From contig DAOOVB010000007.1 in assembly GCA_035369805.1 (NCBI GenBank), positions 7,424 through 71,423 of the forward strand: a DNA stretch of 64,000 nt, given 5' to 3'. This document shows positions 42,163 to 50,205 of the stretch, in pieces. Position 1 is the stretch's first letter; each line of letters begins with the position of its first letter. The notes beneath the pieces were generated by a model. The model was not told the DNA's origin and searched no databases. It worked only from the letters and a program-made list of their open reading frames with translations. This DNA is from Syntrophorhabdaceae bacterium (lineage in GTDB: Bacteria; Desulfobacterota; Syntrophorhabdia; Syntrophorhabdales; Syntrophorhabdaceae). Position numbers and translations under genes: made by a program.

Positions 42163-42633
42163 ATGAGATACGCATGTATGTTGGTAACATTCTTTATCCT
42201 ATTCACAGGCATTTCCCATGGTTTTGATGCAGATTTGGCAAAGAAATTCGATCCCATGTTCTCCCAGATGACCCCTGAGGTATTGGCTATGAGGCCATGT
42301 CAGATTACTTCAAAACAAGTTCTTGAAATGATTAAGAAAAAAGAAGATTTCGTCATTCTCGATATTAGGACACCTGCAGAGGTTGCTCTTGTTGCATCGG
42401 CACATAAAAACACTGTTGTCATCCCCATGAATGAGCTTTTCAAAGAGGCGAATCTAAAAAAGCTTCCAAAAGACAAAAAGATAGCGGTGCTTTGTCACAC
42501 CGGCGATAGGGCTGCTGCTGCCACTATTGCATTAAGGGCAGTAGGGTTTGCAAATGCCTATCAGTTCAAAGGTGGAATAGCTGAACTTGCAAAAGAAGTA
42601 GGCAGGACAGCAACAGAATATGTAAAGGATTGA
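42163..42633 (+). CDS. rhodanese-like domain protein with signal peptide
   Basis: Signal-like N-terminus (MRYACMLVTFFILFTGISHG), the DIRTPAEV rhodanese motif and the active-site loop CHTGDR. GGAGG RBS upstream. Confidence 0.8.
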   Translation: MRYACMLVTFFILFTGISHGFDADLAKKFDPMFSQMTPEVLAMRPCQITSKQVLEMIKKKEDFVILDIRTPAEVALVASAHKNTVVIPMNELFKEANLKKLPKDKKIAVLCHTGDRAAAATIALRAVGFANAYQFKGGIAELAKEVGRTATEYVKD

Positions 42634-42665
42634 TATAAAACTTTAATATGTTTTAAAAAATTATA

Positions 42666-42697
42666 GGGGCAACAAAAAATGTTGCCCCTTTTCTTTT
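42666..42697. terminator. rho-independent terminator, probably bidirectional (between convergent genes)
   Basis: GGGGCAAC-aaaaaat-GTTGCCCC (8-bp GC-rich stem) followed by TTTTCTTTT on the plus strand. The minus-strand reading is followed by TATAATTTTTT. Confidence 0.8.
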
Positions 42698-42724
42698 ATG
42701 CCTATGCCTCTCAGCTATTTATAA

Positions 42725-43243
42725 TCAGGGAACTATAAATTTAAAATCGTGGCATTGATTACAATAATTCTCTGATCTGGCATGCTGGCGATGACAGAGA
42801 TTACAATCCAGGTCTTTACCGTAATGGGGAGAGGTATGGGGATTTGTTGGTTTTATCTTGGATGTCTTCTCCACAAGCCTATCTACATCATGGCATTTGA
42901 GACATCGATCAAACTCAAGTGCCTCATATTTATCCTTTTTTCCATGACATCCATCACAGGTTATCCCTGCAAGACCATGGGTGTGACTACCTGTAATCTT
43001 ACCCCTAAGGCTCTCTTTTCCTTTTTCGGTATGACATGATAAACACTCTTTTAAGTTCATATTTGTAGTCTCAGGATGCCCGGTGGATAATACCTTTTCA
43101 CTGCCATGACATTCCATACAATTGCCTGGTTTTGCATCTACTCTCCTCTGAGGTGCAGCCATAATGATGGTTACAATCCCTAAAATAAAAAGCAATGTAA
43201 CACAAAGCAGTATCGCTGTCTTATTAAAAACCAAGCCTTTCAT
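42725..43243 (-). CDS. membrane-anchored multihaem c-type cytochrome (six CxxCH motifs)
   Basis: N-terminal hydrophobic anchor, then CMECH, CLSCH, CDGCH, CLKCH, CNLCH and CNQCH in 172 aa. Confidence 0.88.
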   Translation of the reverse strand: MKGLVFNKTAILLCVTLLFILGIVTIIMAAPQRRVDAKPGNCMECHGSEKVLSTGHPETTNMNLKECLSCHTEKGKESLRGKITGSHTHGLAGITCDGCHGKKDKYEALEFDRCLKCHDVDRLVEKTSKIKPTNPHTSPHYGKDLDCNLCHRQHARSENYCNQCHDFKFIVP

Positions 43244-43264
43244 GTGCCATCCTTTTTAATTATC

Positions 43265-44812
43265 TCAACTCCATGGTTTTTCTTTGACGGCGTTTTTCCC
43301 TGCTATACGGCCAAAAACAACACAATCTGCCATTGCCACACCGCCTAACCTGACTGCCCCGTGTATACCGCCTGTTATCTCACCGGCTGCATAGAGACCG
43401 GCAATAGGCTTTAGGTCAAACCCTATTACCTGTGCATCCTTATTTATAACAAGACCGCCCATAGTGTGGTGAACCTTTGGCCAGAGTCTTGCAGCATAAA
43501 AAGGAGGTTCCACCATCGGCTTTGCATCAGGGAAAATCATACATTCGAAATCAGGGTCTTTCTTCTTCTCTACATATGAATTCCATCGTGCAATCTCTTC
43601 TTTAAATGCAGCAACTGGGATATTGTATGCCTTTGCTAAATCATCGAGATTATCAAATTTTTTTATTGAACCATTCTCAATACCTTTTTCAAGGGCATTG
43701 GGAAATACCTGTTTCTTAACGGCATAAGTATCTCCCATAATCAAAACAGGTATGCCTACAAGAATAATTGCATCTGCACGTTCCTTCCTATTCCCGGTTT
43801 CTTTGAAGAAACGCTTACCTGTCTTGGGGTTGATCATAGGACCGTAACCTACAAGTCTTTCACAGAATAAAGGCACATACCCGAACCCCTTTTCATCAGG
43901 ACTTGTCCATGGACCGAGCTGTATCCAGTCCATATGGACATCCATTGCCCTTGCCAAGCATGCTGCCATCAATGCCTCACCTGTAGCACCAGGATGGTTT
44001 GTTGATTCAAATCTCTCATCCAGCCTTGGGTCATGAATCTTACGAAGGTTTATATCTCTTGCAAATCCGCCAGAGGCAATGATTACTGCCTTAGAGGCCT
44101 TAATGAATGCCTTTGTTCCTGTATTTTCATCGGGAAATCTATAATTCTTTTTTGCCTCGATACCTATAATCCTGTTGTTTTCATTTAATATAAATCTCTC
44201 AAGCTTTGTCCTTGTCTGAACCTTTACACCAATTTCTCTTGCCTTTGATAACATCTTATTCACCAGTTCAGAACCAGAGGCATTTATGGTCTGATGTGCC
44301 CTTTTAACTGAATGACCACCATGAAAATTTAACCTTGCAAATTTTGCCCCTATATATGTTTCACACCATTCTAAGGCATCTTTTGATCCATATGCCACAA
44401 TCTTTGCAAGGTCTGGATGATTAAGATATAGTCCTGCTTTTAGCATATCTTTGAGCATTAACTCTGGCGAATCCTGGACACCTGCCTCTTTTTGCATCTT
44501 TGTCCCTGCAGCACAAAAATCTCCTCCATTTATAATGGAATTTCCTCCATGCATGGGCATCTTTTCTATAACAATAACATTGGCACCTGCAATCTTTGCC
44601 TCTATGGCAGCAGCAAAGCCAGCAAAACCGCTACCGATTATAACCACATCGTAGGATTCATCCCATTTTTTTGGAATAGCCTCTTTTGCTGCCGCATCTT
44701 TTGAAATTAGTCCTATGCCACCTAATGCTGCACCTGCTGCAACTGCCATAGCAGATGATTTAAAAAAATCTCGTCTCGACACTTCTTTTGGACTTTCTGA
44801 ATCTTTACCCAT
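43265..44812 (-). CDS. Tat-exported FAD-dependent oxidoreductase of the flavocytochrome c / soluble fumarate reductase family
   Basis: Twin-arginine signal SRRDFFKSSAMAVAAGAALGG, FAD fold YDVVIIGSGFAGFAAA, and the C-terminal HHTMGGL / AAGEITGGIHGAVRLGG motifs. The start is set at ATG 44812 (GGAGG 6 nt upstream) rather than the track start 44854. Confidence 0.85.
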   Translation of the reverse strand: MGKDSESPKEVSRRDFFKSSAMAVAAGAALGGIGLISKDAAAKEAIPKKWDESYDVVIIGSGFAGFAAAIEAKIAGANVIVIEKMPMHGGNSIINGGDFCAAGTKMQKEAGVQDSPELMLKDMLKAGLYLNHPDLAKIVAYGSKDALEWCETYIGAKFARLNFHGGHSVKRAHQTINASGSELVNKMLSKAREIGVKVQTRTKLERFILNENNRIIGIEAKKNYRFPDENTGTKAFIKASKAVIIASGGFARDINLRKIHDPRLDERFESTNHPGATGEALMAACLARAMDVHMDWIQLGPWTSPDEKGFGYVPLFCERLVGYGPMINPKTGKRFFKETGNRKERADAIILVGIPVLIMGDTYAVKKQVFPNALEKGIENGSIKKFDNLDDLAKAYNIPVAAFKEEIARWNSYVEKKKDPDFECMIFPDAKPMVEPPFYAARLWPKVHHTMGGLVINKDAQVIGFDLKPIAGLYAAGEITGGIHGAVRLGGVAMADCVVFGRIAGKNAVKEKPWS

Positions 44813-44932
44813 ACTGAACCTCCATGTTTGTAAAAAAATATTTTTCTTTCTCAAAATCTAACTATTTATAAATAAAGGTCATAAAGATGTTCCCAGAGCA
44901 AATAACCTATGAAAAAAGTCTCTAATTCTGAA

Positions 44933-44948
44933 AGCAATTTCTATGCCA
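44933..44948 (-). promoter_or_regulatory. sigma-54 (-24/-12) promoter upstream of the flavoprotein/cytochrome genes
   Basis: The minus strand reads TGGCAT-AGAAA-TTGCT, with GG and GC at the canonical spacing of TGGCAC-N5-TTGCW. About 120 nt upstream of the ATG at 44812. Confidence 0.6.
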
Positions 44949-44960
44949 CATCAAGTTAAC

Positions 44961-44984
44961 TGCAAATTTCGTAACAAAATTGCA
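44961..44984. promoter_or_regulatory. inverted repeat next to the sigma-54 promoter
   Basis: TGCAAATTT-cgtaac-AAAATTGCA: 9-bp arms with one mismatch and a 6-nt spacer, about 13 bp upstream of the -24 element. Confidence 0.35.
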
Positions 44985-45138
44985 TGACTTTATTTTGAAT
45001 TATATCAAAGAGGTTTACTTTTTTGTATCTTTTTTATACATATGCATCAAAATGAAGCAAAATTGTGCTATACAATCTAAAAATTTTTAGAAGTTATAAA
45101 AACAATTGGCTTAAATTGAAACAATAAATGTAGTTTTG

Positions 45139-45909
45139 TCAAATTCTGTGTCTAAATAGGGCAGCGCCTAATGCGGCAGTTATCTGGGGTTCATGAGCAA
45201 CATAAGAGCTTGCTTTGAGTTCCTTCTCTATTGCCTTGACAAGACCTATATCCTTTGCGCCACCCCCTGTTATGGCATAATCAGGCATGAGACCTACTCG
45301 GTTTGCAAGGGTTATTATCTTTGAGGCCATTGCCTTGTGTATTCCTGCCACAATATCTGCAGGTAATGCACCCTCTGAAATCCTGGATACTGCCTCTGAC
45401 TCGGCAAATACAGCGCATGCAGTAGTGAATTCCACTGGCTTTGTGGACTCAAGAGAAAGCCTTCCTAACTCTTCTATGTTCACATGTAATATCCTGGCTG
45501 TTACCTGGAGGAATTTTCCGCTACCCCCTGCACATTTTTCATTCATTATAAAATTCACAATCCTGCCATTTTCATCTATCCTTATAGCCCTTGTAAACTG
45601 TGCACCCACATCAATAACAGTTCTTACGCCAGGAAAAAGCATATTTATGCCCTTGGCATGGCAGGACATATCCGACGGTTTCTCAGAGGCAAAATCCACC
45701 ATTGATGCACCATAGCCTGTTGCTACAGTGTAGGCAATATCATCTATGGAAACCCCGTGTTTTTTTAAAGCCATATCGACTACATGTTGTGCAGCCTTTC
45801 TATAATCACCTCCTGATGGTGATATAGCATAGGATTTCAGATCCATATCCTCACACAATACTGCCTTTGTCCAACCTGAACCCACATCTATTCCTAAATA
45901 AAATGGCAT
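45139..45909 (-). CDS. BcrAD/BadFG-family ATPase, second copy (BCR delta/alpha-like or dehydratase-activator-like)
   Basis: ASKHA-fold start LGIDVGSGWTK, the cluster-bridging Cys motifs NEKCAGGSGKF and ACAVFAESE, and the C-terminal ITGGGAKD. Confidence 0.82.
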   Translation of the reverse strand: MPFYLGIDVGSGWTKAVLCEDMDLKSYAISPSGGDYRKAAQHVVDMALKKHGVSIDDIAYTVATGYGASMVDFASEKPSDMSCHAKGINMLFPGVRTVIDVGAQFTRAIRIDENGRIVNFIMNEKCAGGSGKFLQVTARILHVNIEELGRLSLESTKPVEFTTACAVFAESEAVSRISEGALPADIVAGIHKAMASKIITLANRVGLMPDYAITGGGAKDIGLVKAIEKELKASSYVAHEPQITAALGAALFRHRI

Positions 45910-45920
45910 AATACCTCGTG

Positions 45921-46763
45921 TTAAGAAAAGATTTTTGCCTCTTGTAGGCCAAAAGGGCTTCTTATAGGGGTCTGGCCCTCTCTTTCATACTTCTCGAATA
46001 TCTCTTTTGCTAAAACAGCAGCACCCAGTGCACCAGTAATCAAAGGTTCAGGAGGTAGAAGAACAGGGTATCCAAGTTTTGCCTCCAATGCCTTTACAAG
46101 CCCTATGTTTTTCGCGCCACCACCTGTTACAGCCACATCAGGCTCAATGGTAAGCTTTTTTACCATAGAGCTTACCCTTGTCGCCACAGACATATGTATA
46201 CCTGCTACAAGATTTGCCAGTGTTTCACCGCCGGCAAGTTGATTTGTTATCTCATGTTCGGCAAAGACAGTACAGGTGCTACTTATGGAAGCCGGTCTAT
46301 CAGAGGTTAAAGAAAGGCTTCCCATATCATTTAGCGGCACACCAAGTGTATCTGCCATAATCTCGATGAACCTCCCTGTCCCGGCAGCACATTTGTCATT
46401 CATAACAAAACTCACTACCTTACCGTCTTTAATCTTTATTCCTTTGCTATCCTGACCACCTATGTCTACTATGGTCTTTACTGTTGGGAGGAGGCTATGT
46501 AACCCTTTTGCATGGCATGTAATCTCTGTAATCTGCCTATCTGCAAATGGCACATTTATTCTCCCATACCCCGTGGCAATGATATAGGATAAATCCTCAA
46601 ATAGGATGTTAGCCTTTTTGAGTGCCTCCTCCATTACTTTATTGGCTAATTTGCGGTGCTCTGGACCTGTGGGACCTATGATGGTGGCCTCTATCCTGCC
46701 ACTGAATATGACCACCTTTGTCATAGTGGAGCCTATATCTACACCGGCAAAAAATTTAGGCAT
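45921..46763 (-). CDS. BcrAD/BadFG-family ATPase, first copy
   Basis: AGVDIGSTMTK, NDKCAAGTGRF, STCTVFAEHE and VTGGGAKN motifs. Clearly distinct in sequence from the neighbouring copy, so a heterodimer is implied. Confidence 0.82.
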   Translation of the reverse strand: MPKFFAGVDIGSTMTKVVIFSGRIEATIIGPTGPEHRKLANKVMEEALKKANILFEDLSYIIATGYGRINVPFADRQITEITCHAKGLHSLLPTVKTIVDIGGQDSKGIKIKDGKVVSFVMNDKCAAGTGRFIEIMADTLGVPLNDMGSLSLTSDRPASISSTCTVFAEHEITNQLAGGETLANLVAGIHMSVATRVSSMVKKLTIEPDVAVTGGGAKNIGLVKALEAKLGYPVLLPPEPLITGALGAAVLAKEIFEKYEREGQTPIRSPFGLQEAKIFS

Positions 46764-46768
46764 ATTTG

Positions 46769-48100
46769 TTAGTTCATCCTTTTCTTATATGCGTCCACAG
46801 CCTCTATGAATGCATCTATCCTGTTGTGGGTATCTGCCTCATTATAGGAACTTATATCAACTATATCACCTTCCAGAATGAGTATGGGTATCTCTTTGTA
46901 TACCTTTTTTAAGGTTTCTGCCTGATGGATAATGCCTGCGTGCCAGCTCCTGCATGAGAATGCCGAATGGAATACAACACCGTCACATTTATATTCCTCT
47001 ATATATTCAATGATCCTTTCCACTTTTGGCAGAGAACCAGGACGTTTTCTTGCCATATCATACCAGTGTGTCCAATATCTTACCCATCTCCATGCAATAT
47101 GTTCCAGTGGGTCACTGGTTTTTGGTAAATCAAGCCTTTCTATCTTTTCGCATCCCCTATATGTAACCTCTACAGGAAACACTGCACCCTTGCTATTGAA
47201 ATACTGGAAATCTCCCAAGGCAAACCATGAAGGCAAGCCTGCAGCCCAAATTAATCTATATTTTTCCGGATCCGCTACGCCTATACCGTTTTTTATCTTA
47301 TCCTGCAGTTCATCATATAGTTGTTTATAAAAGTCATAAGCCTCCTGTGTCCCAAGGTTGAATGTAAGGGGCACCATGGTATTCATGGCATCACCGGTAT
47401 CCATAGGTGTTGGCATTGCCTTGCGGAGTTCATAGGTGTCAATAAAAAGGTCCCACGTTTTATCAGATAATTCTGTGATTTGAGCCAACCTATCCCAGTC
47501 CATCTTCTTTCCTGTATGCTTTTCACAGAATTTTACACATTCCCTTAATTCCTCTGTGCAATATTTTACATAAAATTTCTCCTGTTCATGGTGGTTCATC
47601 TTAGGATCAAAAGGCGGATAATACATGGCACCTACAAAAACAGGGACATCCCGGAGATAATGTTGTGTTGCCTGAGGCCATTTAAATCTCGGGTCACAGA
47701 GAAGCTGGGCAGAGCCAAGAATCATGTCAGGTCTTCCCATACCTCCCCACGGAGCATCAGGAACTGCTCCGCCTCCTAATTCCTCTCTAATCATATCAAA
47801 ACCTATGGTGCAAGTGGCATATGTGCAAAGAGACCTTGAGAAGTTATCTGATTCTGCCTTCTGGAGATATTTCTCTGCATCCCTTTTTGCTGCGCATACG
47901 CCTGAAAAACTCTCTCCCCAAGCAGGCACAATATCCATTGCCCTCATTATCTCATCTTGACCATCTGCTATATATGCATATGCAACCTTTTTTCCTTCTT
48001 CCTTTGCCTTCAATGTGGCAGCGAGATTTCCTCGCACGAATTTAGGTATACTTGCAGCAGTCTTTGTTGCAACTGCCCTTCCTTTTTTTTCCTCAGCCAT
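46769..48100 (-). CDS. benzoyl-CoA reductase subunit B / 2-hydroxyacyl-CoA dehydratase family large subunit
   Basis: 443 aa. It has the conserved-Cys architecture of the HgdA/BcrB (BzdO) family and follows the C-like subunit in the bcrC-bcrB order. GGGAGG RBS upstream. Confidence 0.72.
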   Translation of the reverse strand: MAEEKKGRAVATKTAASIPKFVRGNLAATLKAKEEGKKVAYAYIADGQDEIMRAMDIVPAWGESFSGVCAAKRDAEKYLQKAESDNFSRSLCTYATCTIGFDMIREELGGGAVPDAPWGGMGRPDMILGSAQLLCDPRFKWPQATQHYLRDVPVFVGAMYYPPFDPKMNHHEQEKFYVKYCTEELRECVKFCEKHTGKKMDWDRLAQITELSDKTWDLFIDTYELRKAMPTPMDTGDAMNTMVPLTFNLGTQEAYDFYKQLYDELQDKIKNGIGVADPEKYRLIWAAGLPSWFALGDFQYFNSKGAVFPVEVTYRGCEKIERLDLPKTSDPLEHIAWRWVRYWTHWYDMARKRPGSLPKVERIIEYIEEYKCDGVVFHSAFSCRSWHAGIIHQAETLKKVYKEIPILILEGDIVDISSYNEADTHNRIDAFIEAVDAYKKRMN

Positions 48101-48118
48101 AAGATTTCCTCCCTTATA

Positions 48119-49279
48119 TTATGCTATCATTTCAAGAAAAGCCTCAATCCTTGTCTTCATTCGTGCAAGGCTTGATGTGGAATATTCGTCTTCGAGATAG
48201 AGAACTGGAACACCTGCTGATTCTATATAACTCTTGATTGCCGGAACCTCAAAACCATATGGATCACAATATTTATAAACAAACAGGATTGTGCCGTTTA
48301 CCTTAAATTCATCTATGTACTTTCTCATATGTCCAAAGCGGGCATTGAGATTCTCCTCATACGTGCCACCTGTATCCACAAAGGTTGTGGGTATTTTGAG
48401 TTTCCTCAAGTAACGCTCTGAAAGTGCCAGAAGAGGTTCTTTATCCTCATCAACATCCTGCCAATACATCTTGCTGCCAATGGAGATATCGTCCATAACA
48501 AGATATGCTCCTGCACCCTCTATAGCATCGGTTATGCTTACACTATCTATCTGATCTCCTATAAGCATGATCCTCTTTTTATCGTTGTCTGCTGCTGGCT
48601 TTCTTGCCTTTACTTCTTCAATGACAGCCTTTATTAATTCACTTGATTCATTTACAGGAATGCCCATAACAGCCACAAGAACCTTCATCATCTCTGTGCC
48701 AGATATCAGAGGTGGATTATTTTTTCTTAATCCATAAAGCTCTCTCATTAACCTCCTATTTTCATTATGAAGGGAGATAGCTTGCTTCAATGTGTCATTG
48801 GAAATTTTATTTCCCGTATAATCTTCAAGGGTTTTAATTAATAGTTGAAGCAATTCCTTCATAAATTCAATAGAAGGGTCATCTGTCACGTGGGGGACAT
48901 TTAAGAAATGGAAATAAGATAGTTTAAGATAATCCCTCCATACATCACTTGTCCTATCAAGGCTGTCACATTGATGAGGAAGAACCATACCATCGAGAAA
49001 ACTAAATTTTCCCTTTATGGATGAGTCAAATACATTACGAACAAAGGGGCATACTATGGTCTCCATATAGGCATCGCCTTTTGTTATAGCCTCATCCACA
49101 TTGCCTTTCAATCTGAAGGGAACAGCGCCTGCTGCTGTAAGAACTTCCACAGGACCAAGGGCAGATATATAACCGATTATCTTTTTACCTTCTGCTTTAA
49201 GCTCATTTGCCCTTTTTCCGTAATCATTGTAATATTTTTCTGCCTTTGCCAATCCTTTTTCAACTCCTAATTCAGCCAT
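48119..49279 (-). CDS. benzoyl-CoA reductase subunit C / 2-hydroxyacyl-CoA dehydratase family subunit
   Basis: About 386 aa of the HgdB/BcrC (BzdN) type (CPFVRN..., HQCDS...). The start is set at ATG 49279 (MAELGVEKG; AGAGGAG 5 nt upstream) rather than the track TTG at 49312. Confidence 0.72.
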   Translation of the reverse strand: MAELGVEKGLAKAEKYYNDYGKRANELKAEGKKIIGYISALGPVEVLTAAGAVPFRLKGNVDEAITKGDAYMETIVCPFVRNVFDSSIKGKFSFLDGMVLPHQCDSLDRTSDVWRDYLKLSYFHFLNVPHVTDDPSIEFMKELLQLLIKTLEDYTGNKISNDTLKQAISLHNENRRLMRELYGLRKNNPPLISGTEMMKVLVAVMGIPVNESSELIKAVIEEVKARKPAADNDKKRIMLIGDQIDSVSITDAIEGAGAYLVMDDISIGSKMYWQDVDEDKEPLLALSERYLRKLKIPTTFVDTGGTYEENLNARFGHMRKYIDEFKVNGTILFVYKYCDPYGFEVPAIKSYIESAGVPVLYLEDEYSTSSLARMKTRIEAFLEMIA

Positions 49280-49514
49280 ATCAACTCCTCTTTTTTTCTC
49301 CCTGAAATCCAATTATCAGGGGTAATTTTAAGCCTTCAGTGGGCTTTTGTTGGCTATTCTATTTTTCTGTGGCTTAATAATTAAAGGTTTTTAAGATAAA
49401 ATCGACTCAAATAAAGTCGTATCTTTGATATTATATGAAGCTCTGTCTGCGATGAAGCGCCACGAACTTCATCATCAAACATCATACAAATTTAACACTA
49501 AATAGTGTTCTTTA

Positions 49515-49814
49515 TCAATCTAAACCAACTACCCTTGCATCTGTCTCTTCGTATGCCCTGCCTGATACAAGCATCTTTTCCTTTTCCAGATCGAGCTTTA
49601 TAATTTTGTCAAGGGATATGCAACCAAAGACCTCAATAATACCTGCCTCATAAAAGCTTCCATTGATATAGAAATCAGATTTTATTTTATCCTTGCCTTT
49701 AAAGAGAGTAATTACAGTGTCTTTTAAAGGAGCGCAACCAAATATCTCAATAATTGCTCCCTCCATAGTCTTGTTATCTATTTTATCCTTTTCTATTTCC
49801 CAAGCCCTTGCCAT
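49515..49814 (-). CDS. small hypothetical protein with an internal duplication
   Basis: 99 aa from ATG 49814 (AGGAGG 6 nt upstream). There are two repeats, MEGAIIEIFGCAPLKD... and YEAGIIEVFGCISLDK.... It is the first gene downstream of the sigma-54 promoter, and I do not recognise the family. Confidence 0.6.
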   Translation of the reverse strand: MARAWEIEKDKIDNKTMEGAIIEIFGCAPLKDTVITLFKGKDKIKSDFYINGSFYEAGIIEVFGCISLDKIIKLDLEKEKMLVSGRAYEETDARVVGLD

Positions 49815-49866
49815 GACACCCTCCTTTATTTTTTGACTTTCTTTTATTTCAGTCATGACAATTATA

Positions 49867-49883
49867 TTGCAAGCCATGTGCCA
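49867..49883 (-). promoter_or_regulatory. sigma-54 (-24/-12) promoter of the BCR-like operon
   Basis: The minus strand reads TGGCAC-ATGGC-TTGCA, an exact match to the TGGCAC-N5-TTGCA consensus. About 55 nt upstream of the ATG at 49814. Confidence 0.8.
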
Positions 49884-50075
49884 CAATAAATTTAAGTTTT
49901 ATGAATCAACACAAGACTTCTCTACACATTTCGGTAAATGTGAACAGTCAATTAAATTTTTCAAATAATCCAATATGTTGCCAACGATTGTTGAAGTTCA
50001 AATTATATTTCAAATCCCTTTTTTCTCACGAGCATCCAACACCTTATTGCTCATTTATATAATTTCTTAAGAATA

Positions 50076-50147
50076 ACTGTTAAATTAAGCAGTTTATTAC
50101 TGTTAAATTAAGCAGTTTTACAAAATCTGTTAAAATAGACAGATTTT
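50076..50147. promoter_or_regulatory. three repeated CTGTTAAA-N5-CAG sites (candidate enhancer/UAS for the adjacent sigma-54 activator)
   Basis: A perfect 20-bp direct repeat, ACTGTTAAATTAAGCAGTTT, at 50076-50095 and 50099-50118 (23-bp period). A third site, AAAATCTGT-taaaatag-ACAGATTTT (50122-50147), has perfect 9-bp inverted arms. All three share CTGTTAAA...CAG. Confidence 0.6.
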
Positions 50148-50169
50148 TTTATGTAAAAACCAAAAATAC

Positions 50170-50198
50170 TTGAATTTATTCCAAAACTATTATATATC
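50170..50198 (+). promoter_or_regulatory. putative sigma-70 promoter of the activator gene
   Basis: TTGAAT (50170-50175), 17 nt, then TATATC (50193-50198). The ATG at 50206 is only 7 nt downstream and has no SD, so a leaderless transcript is possible. Confidence 0.35.
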
Positions 50199-50205
50199 AC
50201 AGTAA

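Noticed and set aside
49448-49462. Second sigma-54-like element (minus strand TGGCGCTTCATCGCA) in the spacer before the BcrC-like gene
   Set aside because: The GG-to-GC spacing is one nucleotide short of the strict -24/-12 spacing. The sequence is better explained as one arm of the GATGAAG-N9-CTTCATC hairpin.
49815-49886. N-terminal 24 codons of the 123-aa track ORF (MWHMACNIIVMTEIKESQKIKEGV)
   Set aside because: The first codons spell the sigma-54 promoter TGGCAC-N5-TTGCA. A strong AGGAGG RBS precedes the internal ATG at 49814, so the extension is promoter and 5' UTR, not coding.
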